Positions 48,676 through 62,408 of a stretch of 64,000 nucleotides of DNA are shown here, piece after piece. Every line of letters starts with the position of its first letter. The stretch's first letter is position 1. Both the position numbers and the translations under genes were made by a program. Source of the DNA: the human T2T-CHM13v2.0 reference genome, Homo sapiens; assembly GCF_009914755.1 (NCBI RefSeq), contig NC_060947.1; one strand, given 5' to 3'. The notes below the pieces were generated by a model. The model did no database searches, was not told where the DNA came from, and saw only the letters and a program-made list of their open reading frames with translations.

Positions 48676-49229
48676 AAAAAGTTTGGTGATGAAGAAGGAG
48701 ATGATGATGAATTAATCCATTTAAAGTCCCGTCTTCCATAGACCTATCTCACTAAAATGTCTCACAGTCAAAGGGAAATACAGTTCAATATTTACTGTAG
48801 TCTCTTGAGATAGTCTCAACATTTGTACTGCCCCAAACTTTGTCTAATTTTATTTAGCCTCTCTTTATGGCTATAATTTCCATAATATCATCCTCAGAAG
48901 GCTGCTATCTGATGCTGAATTAAAATTATCTTTCTCACTTCCTTCTTTTTTCTTCTACCCTTTCCAGTAAATTTGCCTCTTCATATTTCTGTCCCTGCTC
49001 TCTTGCTCATCTCTGTTTTAACTTTGTATTCTATTTTATTTCATCAGCCATTTGGGCCCTTTTTCCTTTTAAATCTTACAAGCCTCTCCATTTCTCTAGG
49101 GCCAACACTACAACTGCCTGATTAGCACAGTTTTGTTAATTCCAAAGACATGAAAAAAGTTAATGGATATGTCAAACAGGAAATGCCAAAGGACAGTGTC
49201 CTAGGAAGAACACTTACTTAAAGAAGGTT

Positions 49230-49580
49230 GCATGTGAACGGGATTTTGGTGATGAATCCAAGCAAATGAAAGGGATGGGACTGAAAGAGTTAATATGGCA
49301 TGCTGGGGGAGCTACAAGTAGTTCAGTATACCTGGAGGGTAGGCTGGGATATAAATCAGAGGGTAATATGAGAATAGACTGAGACAAGCAATAAATGGCC
49401 TTGCTAAGAAGTTTGGATTTTTATATGAAATTAATAGAGAATTATTTAAAAGTTTAGGCAGAGAGTGGTGTGATCAGACTTGCATTCTATAAAGATCACT
49501 TTTGTAGCAGTGTGAAAAAAACACATTTAAAGAGGGAAAGCTGTGAAGTCAAAAACACCTGTTACTAGCTATAGTAAAAG
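49230..49580 (-). mobile_element. L2 fragment
   Basis: tgctaagaagtttggattttta...gtgatcagacttgcattctataaagatcact. Confidence 0.65.
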
Positions 49581-49813
49581 GTGGAGTCAGAGTGTGGTTC
49601 CTTGCGTCACAGCTACGTTTTAAACAACTAAGGGGGAACAATAATAGCTAATACAATAAATAATTATTATTTATGAGATATGTTCTATATGCCTTGCATT
49701 GTACTAAGTGCTGTATATTCAGTATCTCAGGTACCCCAGCTAGTCTGACTTCTGAGCCCATACTTTCAACTACTAAATTACAAAACAATCATCAGAGACA
49801 GCGTCCAAAATTA

Positions 49814-49979
49814 GCAATGGTGTGGTGGTAAAAATGTTTAACAGCTAGCTCTCTGGGGAAATAAAGCACTGTTTTGGAGTGTTTGCTCATTTCAAGCAGT
49901 AAATTTTTCAACCATGGTTGATTTCAAGCTACCAGCATGTTCTAATGGGCTGGTGAGATCTATCTTCAGTACAACACTG
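49814..49979. mobile_element. MER63-like hAT element
   Basis: caatggtgtggtggtaaaaatgtttaaca...ccatggttgatttcaagctacca...cagtacaacactg, with imperfect terminal inverted repeats. Confidence 0.7.
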
Positions 49980-50059
49980 GTGTCAGATTTCAAAGCTGCT
50001 GTGAAGTCAATAGTTCAATAGTCTGGAGCTAGGATATCAATTTAGGTAGGAAAACAAAG

Positions 50060-50397
50060 TCATTCCTAGTGGCTTCGGGCTTTCTATTCTCATAGCAAAT
50101 TGCCTGCTGAAATTCCAGATGTCATATCCTCTCAACTTCTTCCCCCTCCCTTAGCTGCCGTCCCCATCACCTTGCCATATATATTTCTTCTTTAGAAGAA
50201 AAGTGATTACTTTTTCTTCTTGTATTTTATTGGCTCTGAATGGGATATGTGTCTTTGCTTAAGCCAGTCTCAGAGGTCAGCATGTTGATTGGCCTAAACT
50301 AATCAGGGCTCATAACTGGTGCAAGTTCCAAAACCCAGGATGTGGTTCACAGAAAGAGAAGGAATAGACACTAGGCCACAAGCAACTCTCCACTACA
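50060..50397 (-). mobile_element. Old MLT1-like LTR fragment
   Basis: attggctctgaatggg...tgattggcctaaactaatcagggctc...tccactaca. Confidence 0.5.
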
Positions 50398-52976
50398 AAC
50401 TTCCTGAGTTGGGCCTTAGGTGTTGACTTTAATCTTGGGGGTTGACAATCCTGTAGCAATTTTAAAAGTCTGCTACCAGTTGATATTCCTTGTGTATGCC
50501 CTTAGTGCTCCTGAGGGTGTTCAAGTGTTTTCTTTCAGCAGATAAAAGCAGATGCCAGTATATCTGAGGTATCAGGACAGTGGAGAAATAGCAATAATGG
50601 GAGTAAAGTTGTGGCGAAAAGGATGCTATGAAATTAAGTGTAAAGCAACACATTGTAGTTAGTTTCTGATATGAAGTGTCAGGGGAAACAGTAATGCTAT
50701 TGAAGGCAAAATAACACTACTATGTATACTACTATGTATACTTCCTAATCAAATTGATATAGTTTTCTCATCTTTGTGGACGACGTTGAACCATCAGCTT
50801 TTAATTCAGAATACAGTCTTGCCGAGCATGGCAAGAAGGCAGCAGAACTGTTGGATCCGAGGCAGCACATGGTGTCAGGATATGAGCATCTCCAAGGTAA
50901 GCTTATAAAGAGAAGAAGCTGATTACGTATGCCTGTTGCTGTGTAAGACCTCAAGACTATAAAACATCACTTTTGGAGGGAGGAGAATAATAATGACTAG
51001 GACTGAATATCCCTCTCAACAGTGATAAGATGGAGACTTAACTAAGAGTTACATTTTTATGCATTAGATATTAAGGAATTTGCTCTCTTTTATGCTCCTG
51101 AGATTGTGGGTTGAGATGATTGCACATTACATATGGAGTCCTCATTAAGGTTTACTAAGAATTCTTATACTGCACTTACATGCACCGTGGACCAATTTCA
51201 ATCTCTAGAATTGGAGCTAATTCACTTCAAGATAACAATCATGATCATTTTTTAAAAAGGTACATAGATATAACTATGAACTTTCAGAAATTCATTAAGA
51301 TGTATGGAAAAAAGTTAACTCTGATAAGAATAAGCTCGAAAGAGTACTAAAGATTTCTTTAGGACCTCTGATAATATATAATTTAGTCGTCAGAAGGAAT
51401 AGAGAGAAGGGAAATGAAGCTTTGTTTGCATTTTTTGAAGAGATTCATTTCTCCATGATTCCCAGAGGAAACCTAGAAATGGAGACACATGGATGGTGAA
51501 ACTTAAGATGCCTAGTTTAAACTAATAAAAATAGAACCAAACAAAAAACACAGGACCTCTTTCTAGAGCTGCCAAGACATCGGCTAAAATGATAAAACAG
51601 AATATAGGTAAATCTATTTTGGCAGTGATGGAAATGACAATCCATCAAAATTTAAAAGTATTATCTACTGATGATAAACCTCTTTCTTCAGAAAAACAGA
51701 CATTTAAATTTTGTTAAAAACACAATGTAATTGATGCCAAGTGACAGGTACCTGTGACCTCCAAATATTTGTAGATAATAGACATTAGTCATCTCAAAAC
51801 AACGTTATAAGAACTATTAATTTTAGAACATAAACAATACAACAGGCTAGCAGACATTCAAATCAGAAAGCATACTTAGTAAATTTGATTAAATACATTC
51901 CAGAAGGCAAGTGAATACAAGAGTGCAATCATACAAAGTTTGAAGACTTTGGCTCAGAAGACACTGGCTTTTGGAAGTGTCTTTTCAGAAATCGTAGATC
52001 TGGCCCTTTTAGAACATGTCTCAGCAAGCACAGAAACCTGAAAACTTTTCCCAAATGATGATGCTATGCCAGAACAGGAGAAGGCTAAGGGAGTTGCACT
52101 CCCATAGATCCAGGAAAGCTAAGCATGAAGGGTAGATTTCAATGATACTAGCCCAGACCCTGACAGCTGGGGTGAGTCAACAACTAAAAAAGCAGATAAA
52201 AGCCCAGACTGGCAGTATTCTAGAAAGCCGAATATTATCACCCTTTCATAGGCTGCCAATAACTAGCTCTCATTTAGGCACATCAACGTGGTAATCTAGA
52301 TCCCTTGTGCAAATCAGTGATTTGAAGGATGAACCAAACCTTATAAAGACTAAAGAAAGTACTATCCAACCTCAGAATACATGTTGCTAATTCTGCTTCT
52401 TGGGATTAAGATAAGTACTCCTTTTTTGATTCATTTATTTTAAAAATGTACATTTCATGGCAAACTGAGCCATAAAGAGAAGTGCAGTTAGTAATATAGA
52501 ATCTAAGGTCCACTTCAGTGTACTTAGAAAGGTCGGATAAAAAACCTGATTGTATTTGAATCTGCATTCAACTAGTACTCATTGCCCAGAAGGGAGTTGA
52601 GAAAGAGGAAAGAATGTGTCTACCTGGTCCTAGGCCTCTGGCAAAGGGAAGGCTTTGCATACTCATAGCAGCCCTTGGCACTCTCAGATGGGAGACTGAA
52701 TCACTCTATCTCAATCCACAGGACTCAGATATGGTGGAGGGTGATGGATTTGATGACAATGAAGACACAATTAGAATTTCAGAATGGAAGGGCTGCCCAC
52801 ATTACCTATTTTAGTCACTGTTCTATCTAAGGCTGAAACATCCTCTGCGTAGGAACCTGTAGGGGTTGGAAAAGGTAGACTCTTCAGCAATAATCACTCA
52901 GTTTTAGAGAAAAGAGATTCTCCAGTACACTGGCTCACCTATTTGGCCATTTAGAAGATAACCAGCTTTACCAGTC

Positions 52977-53436
52977 TGTGACAAACAGAATAATCACCCC
53001 CAGTCCAAGGTGTGGATGTCCTAATCCCCAGAACATATGAATGTGTTCTTTCACATGGGAAGAGAGACTCTGCAGATATGATTAAATTAAGAAGTTTGAG
53101 ATGGGGAGATTATCCTGGATTATTCCAGTAGGCCTAATCTGATTACAAGAGGAGACAGGGAAGCAGGAAGGTCAGAGTCAGGAACGAAATTTGAAAATGG
53201 AAGCAGATATTGGAATGTTGTGGCCACCAGTCAAGGACTGCAGGTGGCCTCTAGAAGCTGGAAGTGGTTCTTCCCTCCAGTCTCCAGAAGGAATACGGCT
53301 ATGCCACCATCTTTACATTAGCTTTGTAAGACCCATTTTGGACTTGTGACCTCCAGAACTATAAGTTAATAAATATGTGTTGTTTGAAGCCACTAAGTTT
53401 GTGGCAATTTGTTACAGCAGCAACAGGAAACTAACA
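52977..53436 (+). mobile_element. MLT1C/D-like (ERVL-MaLR) LTR
   Basis: tgtgacaaacagaataat...tgagatggggagattatcctggattat...tttgttacagcagcaacaggaaactaaca. Confidence 0.88.
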
Positions 53437-53654
53437 TGCTGTCCAAGAGAACAGAGATAAAGGGCTCACTCTTCCAATGGGGACAGGGGAAGTAAGACAT
53501 TTCCTCTGGAGAACATAAAGATTTAAAAGGGGGAAATGAGACAGAGTAATTTGTTGAGAAAGAAATGTATTTCCTGTTTGCATTTTCCATTCTCCTTTCC
53601 AAGCAAGTAAGCAGCCGTTTTTGAGCACACTTGCCTCAAGGAGAAGCAGAGAAA

Positions 53655-53815
53655 GCATCTCAGGAGCGTACAGCCTGTGCAATTGCACAGGGCACTGAGA
53701 AAGGCTCCACACTTGGTTTAATGCTCTGCTGTCACCATCTTGAAATTCTTAATAATTTTCTAACAGAAGCCTTGCATTTTTTTTTAGCCCTGAGCCCTGC
53801 AAATTATATAACCTG
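53655..53815 (+). mobile_element. MER91A-like hAT-Tip100 element
   Basis: cttggtttaatgctctgctgtcaccatcttgaaattcttaataatttt...gccctgcaaattat. Confidence 0.75.
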
Positions 53816-54756
53816 TGTTAAAGAGAGGTTTATATTTCAGGGCATAAAGAAAAGGTTTCCTATAAGCTATTTCTCCTCCTAGAACATAGCATAGAAACTG
53901 CACAGCTTCAAGACTAAAAGGACCATATTGACTGGAACAACAGACATCTCATTGGTAGTGTGGCCGGGCTTTTTTGCCCTGCTGACTTTGTGAACTGAGA
54001 TCCAAATGCATTATACAACAAGGAAGAGGCTTGTGGTAGGAGTCCTATACTTAACACTACATCTGAACTGTACGAATTTGAACTAGCCAATTAAACATTT
54101 CATGAATTGGTTTAAAAGCAATATTTGATCTGCATGTCAGTAATTTAGTTGCTTTCATAGTCAAATAAAATGTTGTAAATATGTTTTATAAATTATAATG
54201 ATATAAATATCAGGTAGTGATATTTGTTATTATTACTTGATTCTTGTTTTCACACCTGAAAGATAAAATTAAACTCATGAACTTTAAAGTGATAGAAGGG
54301 TAGTGGTTAAGAAGTTAAAACTATTTTAAATGAAACACTTTATTCTGGAATACACAGACTAAAAGAAGATACGTTGAAATCTATAACATTATAAAAATAA
54401 TGGCATAAAATAACATGTCATTGTTTATCACATTCTTGAGTGACAGAGCAAGGAAGCATTCTTTGAAGCATGGCAGAGGTATTTTTGTACAATGGAAAGA
54501 AACCCTAATTCAAATAGTAGATGATAATTTATGGAGTTCACCAATCCTAGCAGATGTAAAAGCTTAAAAATGAAAAATATTCAGTTGCATTTGAGGTGAA
54601 TTAGTGGAAACAAATTACTAACAACACAAATATTTGCATGTATATTTTTCAACTATGAAAATAAGCCCACAAAGGAAAATTATTGGATTCTGCTAATTTT
54701 TGCATACCACCTGAGAGAATACTTATTTGAAAGGGCTACAGGCATGTTTGGTAATT

Positions 54757-55073
54757 ACTTTAAAGCAGTTTTAGATTCACAGCAAAATTGAGCAGAAGGT
54801 ATAGAGATTTCCCATATACTCCTTGACCCCACTCATAAGTAGCCTCCCCCATTATCAACATCCCCCACCAGAGTGGTACACTTGTTACAACTGATGAACC
54901 TACAATGACACATCATTATCACCCAAAGTGCATAGTTTATGTTAGAATTCACTCAGTGTTGTGCATTCTATGGGTTTGGAAAAATATGTAATGGTATGTC
55001 ATCACCATTATAGTATCATGCAGAGTAGTTTCACTGCCCTAAAAATCCTCTGTGCTCTGCCTATTCATCCCCA
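54757..55073 (-). mobile_element. L1MC1-like 3' end
   Basis: gcagttttagattcacagcaaaattgagcagaaggtatagagatttcccatata...tgccctaaaaatcctctgtgctctgcctattcatccc. Confidence 0.8.
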
Positions 55074-55579
55074 TTTGATAATTTTTAAACTCTTACTTTA
55101 TGTTCCCTCTCAATAAAGGTATGCTAGCAATGTATATTTTAGCCCCAGCTATCAACATTTATCTGCCCCATATTTCCATTTAAATAGAAGGTATTGTTTA
55201 ATCCTAAAGGAGCCAGGTATACAATTACCAAAAAAGAAGCTCCGAATTAGAATTTTTATTCCAATAATAAATGATATTTATAAACTGAATGTTAGTATAC
55301 AGCAATATCATACCATATTCCATATAACCCAATGTTTTCATTCGCTTTAAATAAAAAGAAATTAAAGCTCAGAAAGGTAACTGATTTTCTCAAGGAATTT
55401 GCCTTCTGACTCAGAAGCAAGTGCTTAAAAGTGCTCACTAAAACCTATAAAATGGGTGTTATCAACCAGTCAAGTAGTAATTACATTATGATTTCCAGTG
55501 GCTTTGGTTTTAGCCTATTTACTCCCTCTTCTACCCCTTACCCTCATTATAGGAAAAGACCCTGCCGTCTTTAGTGAAT

Positions 55580-56023
55580 GTTGTGGTATGCTGCCCAGAT
55601 CTCTACTCCTTTCCCTTCTAGGGCTGGAGAATCCAATTCCACAATCCTGAGAGTTTTGGCAGCTGACTTTCTGACAGCAGAGTAACTTTCAGCTGAGTCC
55701 CCCTCTAGAGATTACCCTAGCTGAAGAGAACCAAGCCTAAGGTCACACCTGTTCCCAGGAGCAACGCTTATCAAATGACTGATGAATTCAGGAGTAAAAA
55801 GTCTGAGCCCCTCCTCCAATTCAGAACCACTCTGCAGAGACATCCCATTTTCATCACTCTCTCTGAAATTGTCATAACTGCATCTCAGCTCAGTGTCTCC
55901 TGATGTCCAATTCTCACAAATACTGATTTTAAGAGCACTTCCTAATAAGCTTCCTGCATGCAAATCTCCAACTCAGAGCGTCCCTTCCAGGCTCTGGATT
56001 TTCAGGGAATCAAACCTGGAACA
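55580..56023 (+). mobile_element. LTR16-family (ERVL) solo LTR
   Basis: tgtggtatgctgcccagatc...gagcacttcctaataagcttcctgcatgcaaatctccaactcagag...gggaatcaaacct. Confidence 0.65.
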
Positions 56024-57199
56024 ATGCCCTTACCTCGGGGTGAACACAAGACCCAGGCTTATCCATTCGTGGTATCTGTCATCTGAAAGTTGTGAGTGCT
56101 CCAAGAATCAGCACACTGCCCAAGCTAAACCAAATAGATTTTCCCTTAGCGTTGTTTTTCAAATTTGGATAGGGTAAAATAACTTCTTTATTCCTTGGAT
56201 ACAACCTGTGAAGATGTGGGGCTCAAAGTAGTGGATGTCATGTCCACTGCAATGTAGTCTGAGAGAAGAAAAGAAGCAGAAAGCGGGGACAGAAAGAATC
56301 CTGCACCCTGCCCTTTTTATCATAGTGGATATTTGAGCCCTGCATTTGCCTTTTTGCTTAATTCAAGTTGAATTTCAGCACATAAAACCAAAGAACTCTA
56401 ATCCATAAGTACTGTATGTCCAAGGTTTATAAAAATAAAATAATTTAAAACACCACTAATTTATTAAGGTGATTGGGAAATTTTAGGTTTCTTAATATAT
56501 TCACCATTAGGAGGAAAGGAAATGAGCCGTTGTTCTCTAGAAACCATTATAAAAAGAGTCCAGAATTATCTTAATTGATTTCAGACCTTAGAAAGATGAA
56601 AACATACTGTTTTAATATGAAGGAATGAGTATAAGCTGAAGGCAGATGAGATAATTAGGCCTTTTCTCTTCTGCTTGGGGATTTATCTTTGTACTCATTT
56701 GAGTAGTAGCTGTTGCACAAATGATTGTTTCTTTGAAAATGTGCGTAGACCTTTATCAATCCCTTTTGAAAAGCAAATTTCCTTTCCATGAATGGTTTTC
56801 CATCTATGAACTAATAATAGAAACATATGCCCTTAATATATTAATGATTTTTGTGTGTTTGATACAAAAGAGATTTTGGCGTCTTGGGCATTTGATTACA
56901 TTTAATTCCTCTCTATAAATCTTACAGACATTTTCCCTGGCTAAAATCTAAATCATTGACATAGCAAAAACTGTGTATCAAAAAGGAAAGCTATATTGGA
57001 TTAGGGGACAAGAGGACACCAGGGAACCTGTAAATATGTCTTGTTAGGATTTTACTTTTTATTTTGTCCCTATGTTTCAATTTCATAGCTTTCCAGTTCC
57101 TAGGCATTGTTTTCCATCAACAAATATTACCTTAGTTTACATTAGTTCAGCAAATATTTACAGCGAACCTATTACATGTCAAAGACTGGGATAAGTCTT

Positions 57200-59290
57200 A
57201 TATTTCTTTTTAACATCTCCCAGATTTTTTTCCTTTAATTCATGTTTTTGTGTGTGTGGAAAACCATCTATACCTTTTTTTAATGTCTGATAATATATTT
57301 CTTACACTCTTACATATAAATGTCCATTTGACTGGTTATAAATATCTAGATGAAAACATCTTTGCTTTGCTAGTTTTAAAACGCCATTCCGTTGTCTTCT
57401 TGCATCCAGAGATGCTATGTTGTCAACCTGATTCTTCTTTCTTTGACTATCATCTATACTCTCTGGAATTTTAGTGCATTTCTACTATTATATGTTGATG
57501 CATAGGTTTTTTCTCTTTTTTTGGCATTGTATGTGCCTTTTCGATCTAAGGTATTTATTTCACCTTTATTTTGGTAATTTTTTATTTAATATTTCTTCAA
57601 ATCTCTCCTCTCTACCTCCCTCAGCCCCCCCTCCTCCTTTTCCTTCTTCCCCTCCCACCTCTCTCTTTGTTTTAGTCCTTTCCTACTTCTACTTCTAGGC
57701 CTCAGTATGTGTTGCTACTCTTCTATATCCTGTATTTTTAAACTTTCCATTTATATATGTTCTCTCTATATTCTTTCTTGCTGCTTTCAGGGAAGATAAT
57801 TTCATTTGTTGTTCTACCTCACAAAAACACGTATTATGTGCTTTATTTCAACGACCATAGATTTTATGCCTTAATAATTCTACTATTGTCATCACTGTTG
57901 TTCTTGTTTCATCTTGTTAATATATTTACTGATTTACAATTTAATTTATATGCAAGCTTTTAAGGTTTTCTCTTTCTCCTGGAATTTTGAATGTTCCCAA
58001 TGATTTGACATGGTATGGGGTCCCTTTTATTTATGTGCTAGTCTCTTGATGAGCCATTTTAATCTGGAGATTTATCATTCTGTTTGGGATCTTTTGTTCT
58101 TTGATAATGTATTTCCATCTGTTTTCTCTATTCTCTCTTTCCAATGCTTCAATCAGTCAGGCATGGGACCTAATCAATTGCTTACCTATTTTCTTATTTT
58201 CCATCTCCATCTCTTACTTTCTCTTTGTCTTATTGTTCTACTTTTTGTGACATTTTTCTCAACTTTATATTTCAGCCCTTCTGTTAAATTCTCATTGATG
58301 AGTATCTTATTTTTTATTATCAAAAACTCTCTTATGTTCTCCACCTTTTTTTCTGTTTTAATACAATTCTGTTTCAATGTCTTGGATGAAATATCTTCTC
58401 TTGTTTCCCTGTGGGTATTCATATTTTCATTTTCTTTTACTACATACATTTGTGTATGTTTCCTCCAATTTTATTTTTTTCAAGTTTGAGGCTCATCAAA
58501 TGCCTATTAATTTGGGGCTATCCATTTAATTTAAGAGTGAGACACTACAAACATCTTTATTTTGATTGCCCTAACTCTAGGGTTATTGGATGCCAAATCC
58601 AGCTTTTATTAAGGGATCTACCAGATGTCAGTATTAGGACATTTTTTTCTCTGAGGAAATTAAGAAAATAATCCTCTACTCTCATGCATGGCAAATATAT
58701 GCCTAGCTGCTCATGTTCTGGGATCATGAAGGAGGAAGGGGACTTAGAGTCTCTGCAGTTCACCGTTCAGACTTATACTTAATTCTCCCATTTTGAGCCC
58801 TGCTTCTCAACCATGAACCATGTTGTTCACTGAGATTATTTTCCCCAACCCAAAGCCTCTGTGGTTTGGTTTCTTCAGAAACTAATTTCCCACCTTCCCC
58901 CCAGGTTGGCAAAAGGGAGTAGTAATAGCCAACTGCCTTTGCAATATGGGGAAGGGATACAGGAAGGGAGTCAAATGTCTGGATAAAGGATTTCGAAATA
59001 TCCTCATAAAGCCAGCCTTGTTCCTTAGCCCCACCTGCAAGGTATGTAGTATTTCCAATTGCTGAGTCACTCTTAAGATTCCGCAGAAAAATGTGGTGTC
59101 CTTTCCCCACGTTGTCATTTCTTTGCCCTGCTTAAGTCATGCCTCTCTCCCTCATCTGCCTTCTGCCTTCTAACATTTTTGAAATGACTGCTGCACAATA
59201 GTCACGTTATCATTGATCTTGTAGGTTAATAATGCCTCTTTAAAAAAAAAACTAATTCCTTGGCAATTTAGTGCCACTTTTGGAGGAAGA
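57200..59290 (-). mobile_element. Highly decayed L1M fragments
   Basis: T-rich strand with L1-like remnants (ccatttgactggttataaatatctaga; cattccgttgtcttcttgcatc). Confidence 0.45.
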
Positions 59291-59636
59291 GGACATATGT
59301 ACATGCAGCGAGACCAGCAAGATTAATTAAAATTTTATATTTGTCAGCCTATTTTGTGCTTCATGATTGCAAGCTTCTTTGATATTTATTGCTCTGTATT
59401 ATTTTTCTGATTTTTTTGAAATATATATTGACCAAATACTCCTTGCTATGAAGTTGTGGAAATCATTTTTATACTACTGTTACAGTCATGCATCATCTAA
59501 CAACAAGGATATGTGCTGAGTAATGTATCATTAGGCAATTTTGTCATTGTGCAAATGTCATCTAGTGGACCTACACAAACTTAGATAATATAGCCGACTA
59601 CATATCTAAGCCATATGGTATAGCCTATTGCTCCTA

Positions 59637-60068
<432 letters not shown>

Positions 60069-60308
60069 AAAAGATAAAATATGGTACATCTCTATAGGGT
60101 GCTTACCATGAATGGAGCTTGCAGGAATGAAAGTTGCTCTGGGTGAGTCAGTGAGTGAGTGCTGAGTGAAAGTGAAGGCCAAGGACTTTACTGTGCACTA
60201 CTGTAGTCTTTATAAACACTGTACACTTAAGCTACACTAAATTTATTAAAAATATTTTATTTCTTTAAAAATAAACTAACCTTAGACTACTGTAAATTTT
60301 TAACTTAA

Positions 60309-60602
60309 TTTTTTTCTCTGGAGACAAGATCTTGCTCTGTCACCCAGCTGGAGTGCAGTTGCACAATCACAGCTCACTGTAACCTCAAATTTTGGGGCTC
60401 AAGTTATCTTCCTGCTTCAATCTCCTAAGTAGCAAGGACTACAGGTGCATGCCAACCCCAACCAGCTAAATGTCTTTATATTTTTGTAGCGATGGGGTTC
60501 TTGCTATGTTGCCTAGGCTGGTCTTGAACTCCTGGCCTCAGGCGATCCTCCCTCAGTTTCCCAAAGTGCTGGTATTACAGGCACAAGCCACTATGCCCAA
60601 CC
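60309..60602 (-). mobile_element. Alu (AluJ-like)
   Basis: gagacaagatcttgctctgtcacccagctggagtgcag...aatcacagctcactgtaacctcaa...ttgctatgttgcctaggctgg. Confidence 0.95.
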
Positions 60603-61819
60603 TCATTTTTTAAAAAATTTTGGCTCTTGTAATAACACTTCACTTAAAACACACATTGTACAGCTGTACAAAAATATTTTCTTTTTTTTTTGAATCCTCA
60701 TCCTCATTCTATAAGCTTTTTTCTTTTCCTTTCTTTTTTTTTTTTTTTTTTTTTTTTTTGCTTTTTAAACTTTTTGGTTCAAAATGAAGACACAAACACA
60801 CAGATTAGCCTAGGCCTATACAGAGTCAGGATCATCAATATCACTGTCTTCCACCTCCACATCTTGTCGCTATGGAAGGTCTTCAGGGGCAATAACACTC
60901 ATGGAGCTGTCATCTCCTAGGATAACAATGCCTTCTTCTGTACTCCCTCCTGAAGAACCTACCTAAGGTTGTTTTATAGTTAACTATTTTTTAATACATA
61001 GAAGGAGTACACGCTAAAATAACAATTAAAAAGTACATTATAGTAAATACATAACCCAGTAACATAGTCGTATATTAACATTATCAAATAGTATGTACTG
61101 TACATAATGGTATGTGCTATACTTTTAAATGACTGCCAGCACAGTAGGTTTGTTTAGACCAGCATCACCACAAACAAGTGAATAATGCATTGTGCTACAT
61201 TACAATGGCGCTGCCATCACTAGGGATAGGAAATTTTCAACTCCATTTTAATGTTATGGAACTGACATCATATATGTGATCCATTGTTGACCAAAATATT
61301 ACCATGCACTGCATGACTGCATTTGAATGTCTGTTTTTCTTCTACTATCTGTAATGCATCGGTATTCTACCTCTCGGCAGGATAAAGTATTTTACTACCT
61401 GCGACCCCTTTGTTAAATCAATCTTATTTTTGAAAAGAAGACTTTAATCTTTTTATTTTTAAATTTGCTCTTTTTAAAAGGCGTTGTAATTACTTTTCTG
61501 ATTCCTGTTAGTATAGCACTTATTTAGATATTCCTTTTTTTTAGTTTTAACAGGTGAATGATTACTGCCATTTATTCTGTTTCTCTCATGCTTGAGATAT
61601 TTAGCGATAGCCATTCCTCATTTGGCTGGAGTGCTGCTATTAGCATTTTTTTCAAACAATGTACATGGATGGGTTAATTCTTAATTCATGAAACTGTTTC
61701 TCTGTTGCCCTCACATAAGAACATAGCATAAATTTACTGCAAAGTAGATTCATAGATGAAAATCTCTTCCTCAAAACTCTATACGCTCTGAGTTCCACTG
61801 GGCCATCTAGAATATGTGA

Positions 61820-61945
61820 ATGGGTTTCCCAGACTTCATGAACCATGTAAAATTACGAACTCTTTATGTGAATGAGCACATGTGCATTTTTCTGGAGAAA
61901 GGATCCACAATCAGATAGTAAAAGATACCCATTTCCCCCAAATAT
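61820..61945. mobile_element. MER103-like hAT fragment
   Basis: cacatgtgcatttttctggagaaaggatccaca. Confidence 0.4.
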
Positions 61946-62383
61946 TATTTATAGACTTTGTACCACTGTATTCTGGTATTTAGTTTCCTAAATCTCCTTT
62001 TTTGCCCCCTTTGCTAATAACTTGCCTAGAAGCTTGCAGGAATTTTACTTAGTATTTTACATTCTGAAATTTCACTGCGGTATGTCTACGTGTTTTTCTT
62101 TTTCCATTAACTTTGCCAAATATTTAGAGAGTTATTTTTGTCTAAAGACTTTAGCCCTGTGTAAACTCTGGGAAAATTTTGTTCTGTTATTTCTTTTTTT
62201 AATGAATTTTCTCCACCATCTTCTTCCGAGAATTTTGTAATATATATAAGAGGTTCTTCCCTTACCTTTCTCCCTCTAATATCTTTTCTTTTGGCATAGC
62301 ATATAACTACTTCACCTTTTACTTCAAGCATTTCAAAACAGTAGAGCTAAGGCAATTCCGTGCTAAGGCCAGGTGGGTTTTTT

Positions 62384-62408
62384 CAAACAAACAAACAAAC
62401 AAACAAAC
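62384..62408. repeat. (CAAA)n microsatellite
   Basis: caaacaaacaaacaaacaaacaaac. Confidence 0.9.

Larger units (their letters stand above)
50870..54157 (+). mobile_element. Candidate decayed Ty3/Gypsy-like LTR element (internal region plus possible 3' LTR)
   Basis: CA|TGGTGTCAGGA PBS-like at 50870; ILAV...STDDKPL (51616-51684); IKYIPEGK (51888-911); RMNQTL (52326-43); PPT-like aaaagggggaaa|TG at 53525-38. Confidence 0.45.

Noticed and set aside
57250-58671. Hydrophobic Phe/Leu-rich ORFs resembling membrane proteins
   Set aside because: Compositional artefact of T-rich antisense L1 remnants. The 172-aa ORF at 8918-9436 is likewise antisense L1.
60715-60766. Solitary poly(A) retro-insertion within Tigger3
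   Set aside because: This part of Tigger3 is natively T-rich as I recall it, so simple expansion suffices.
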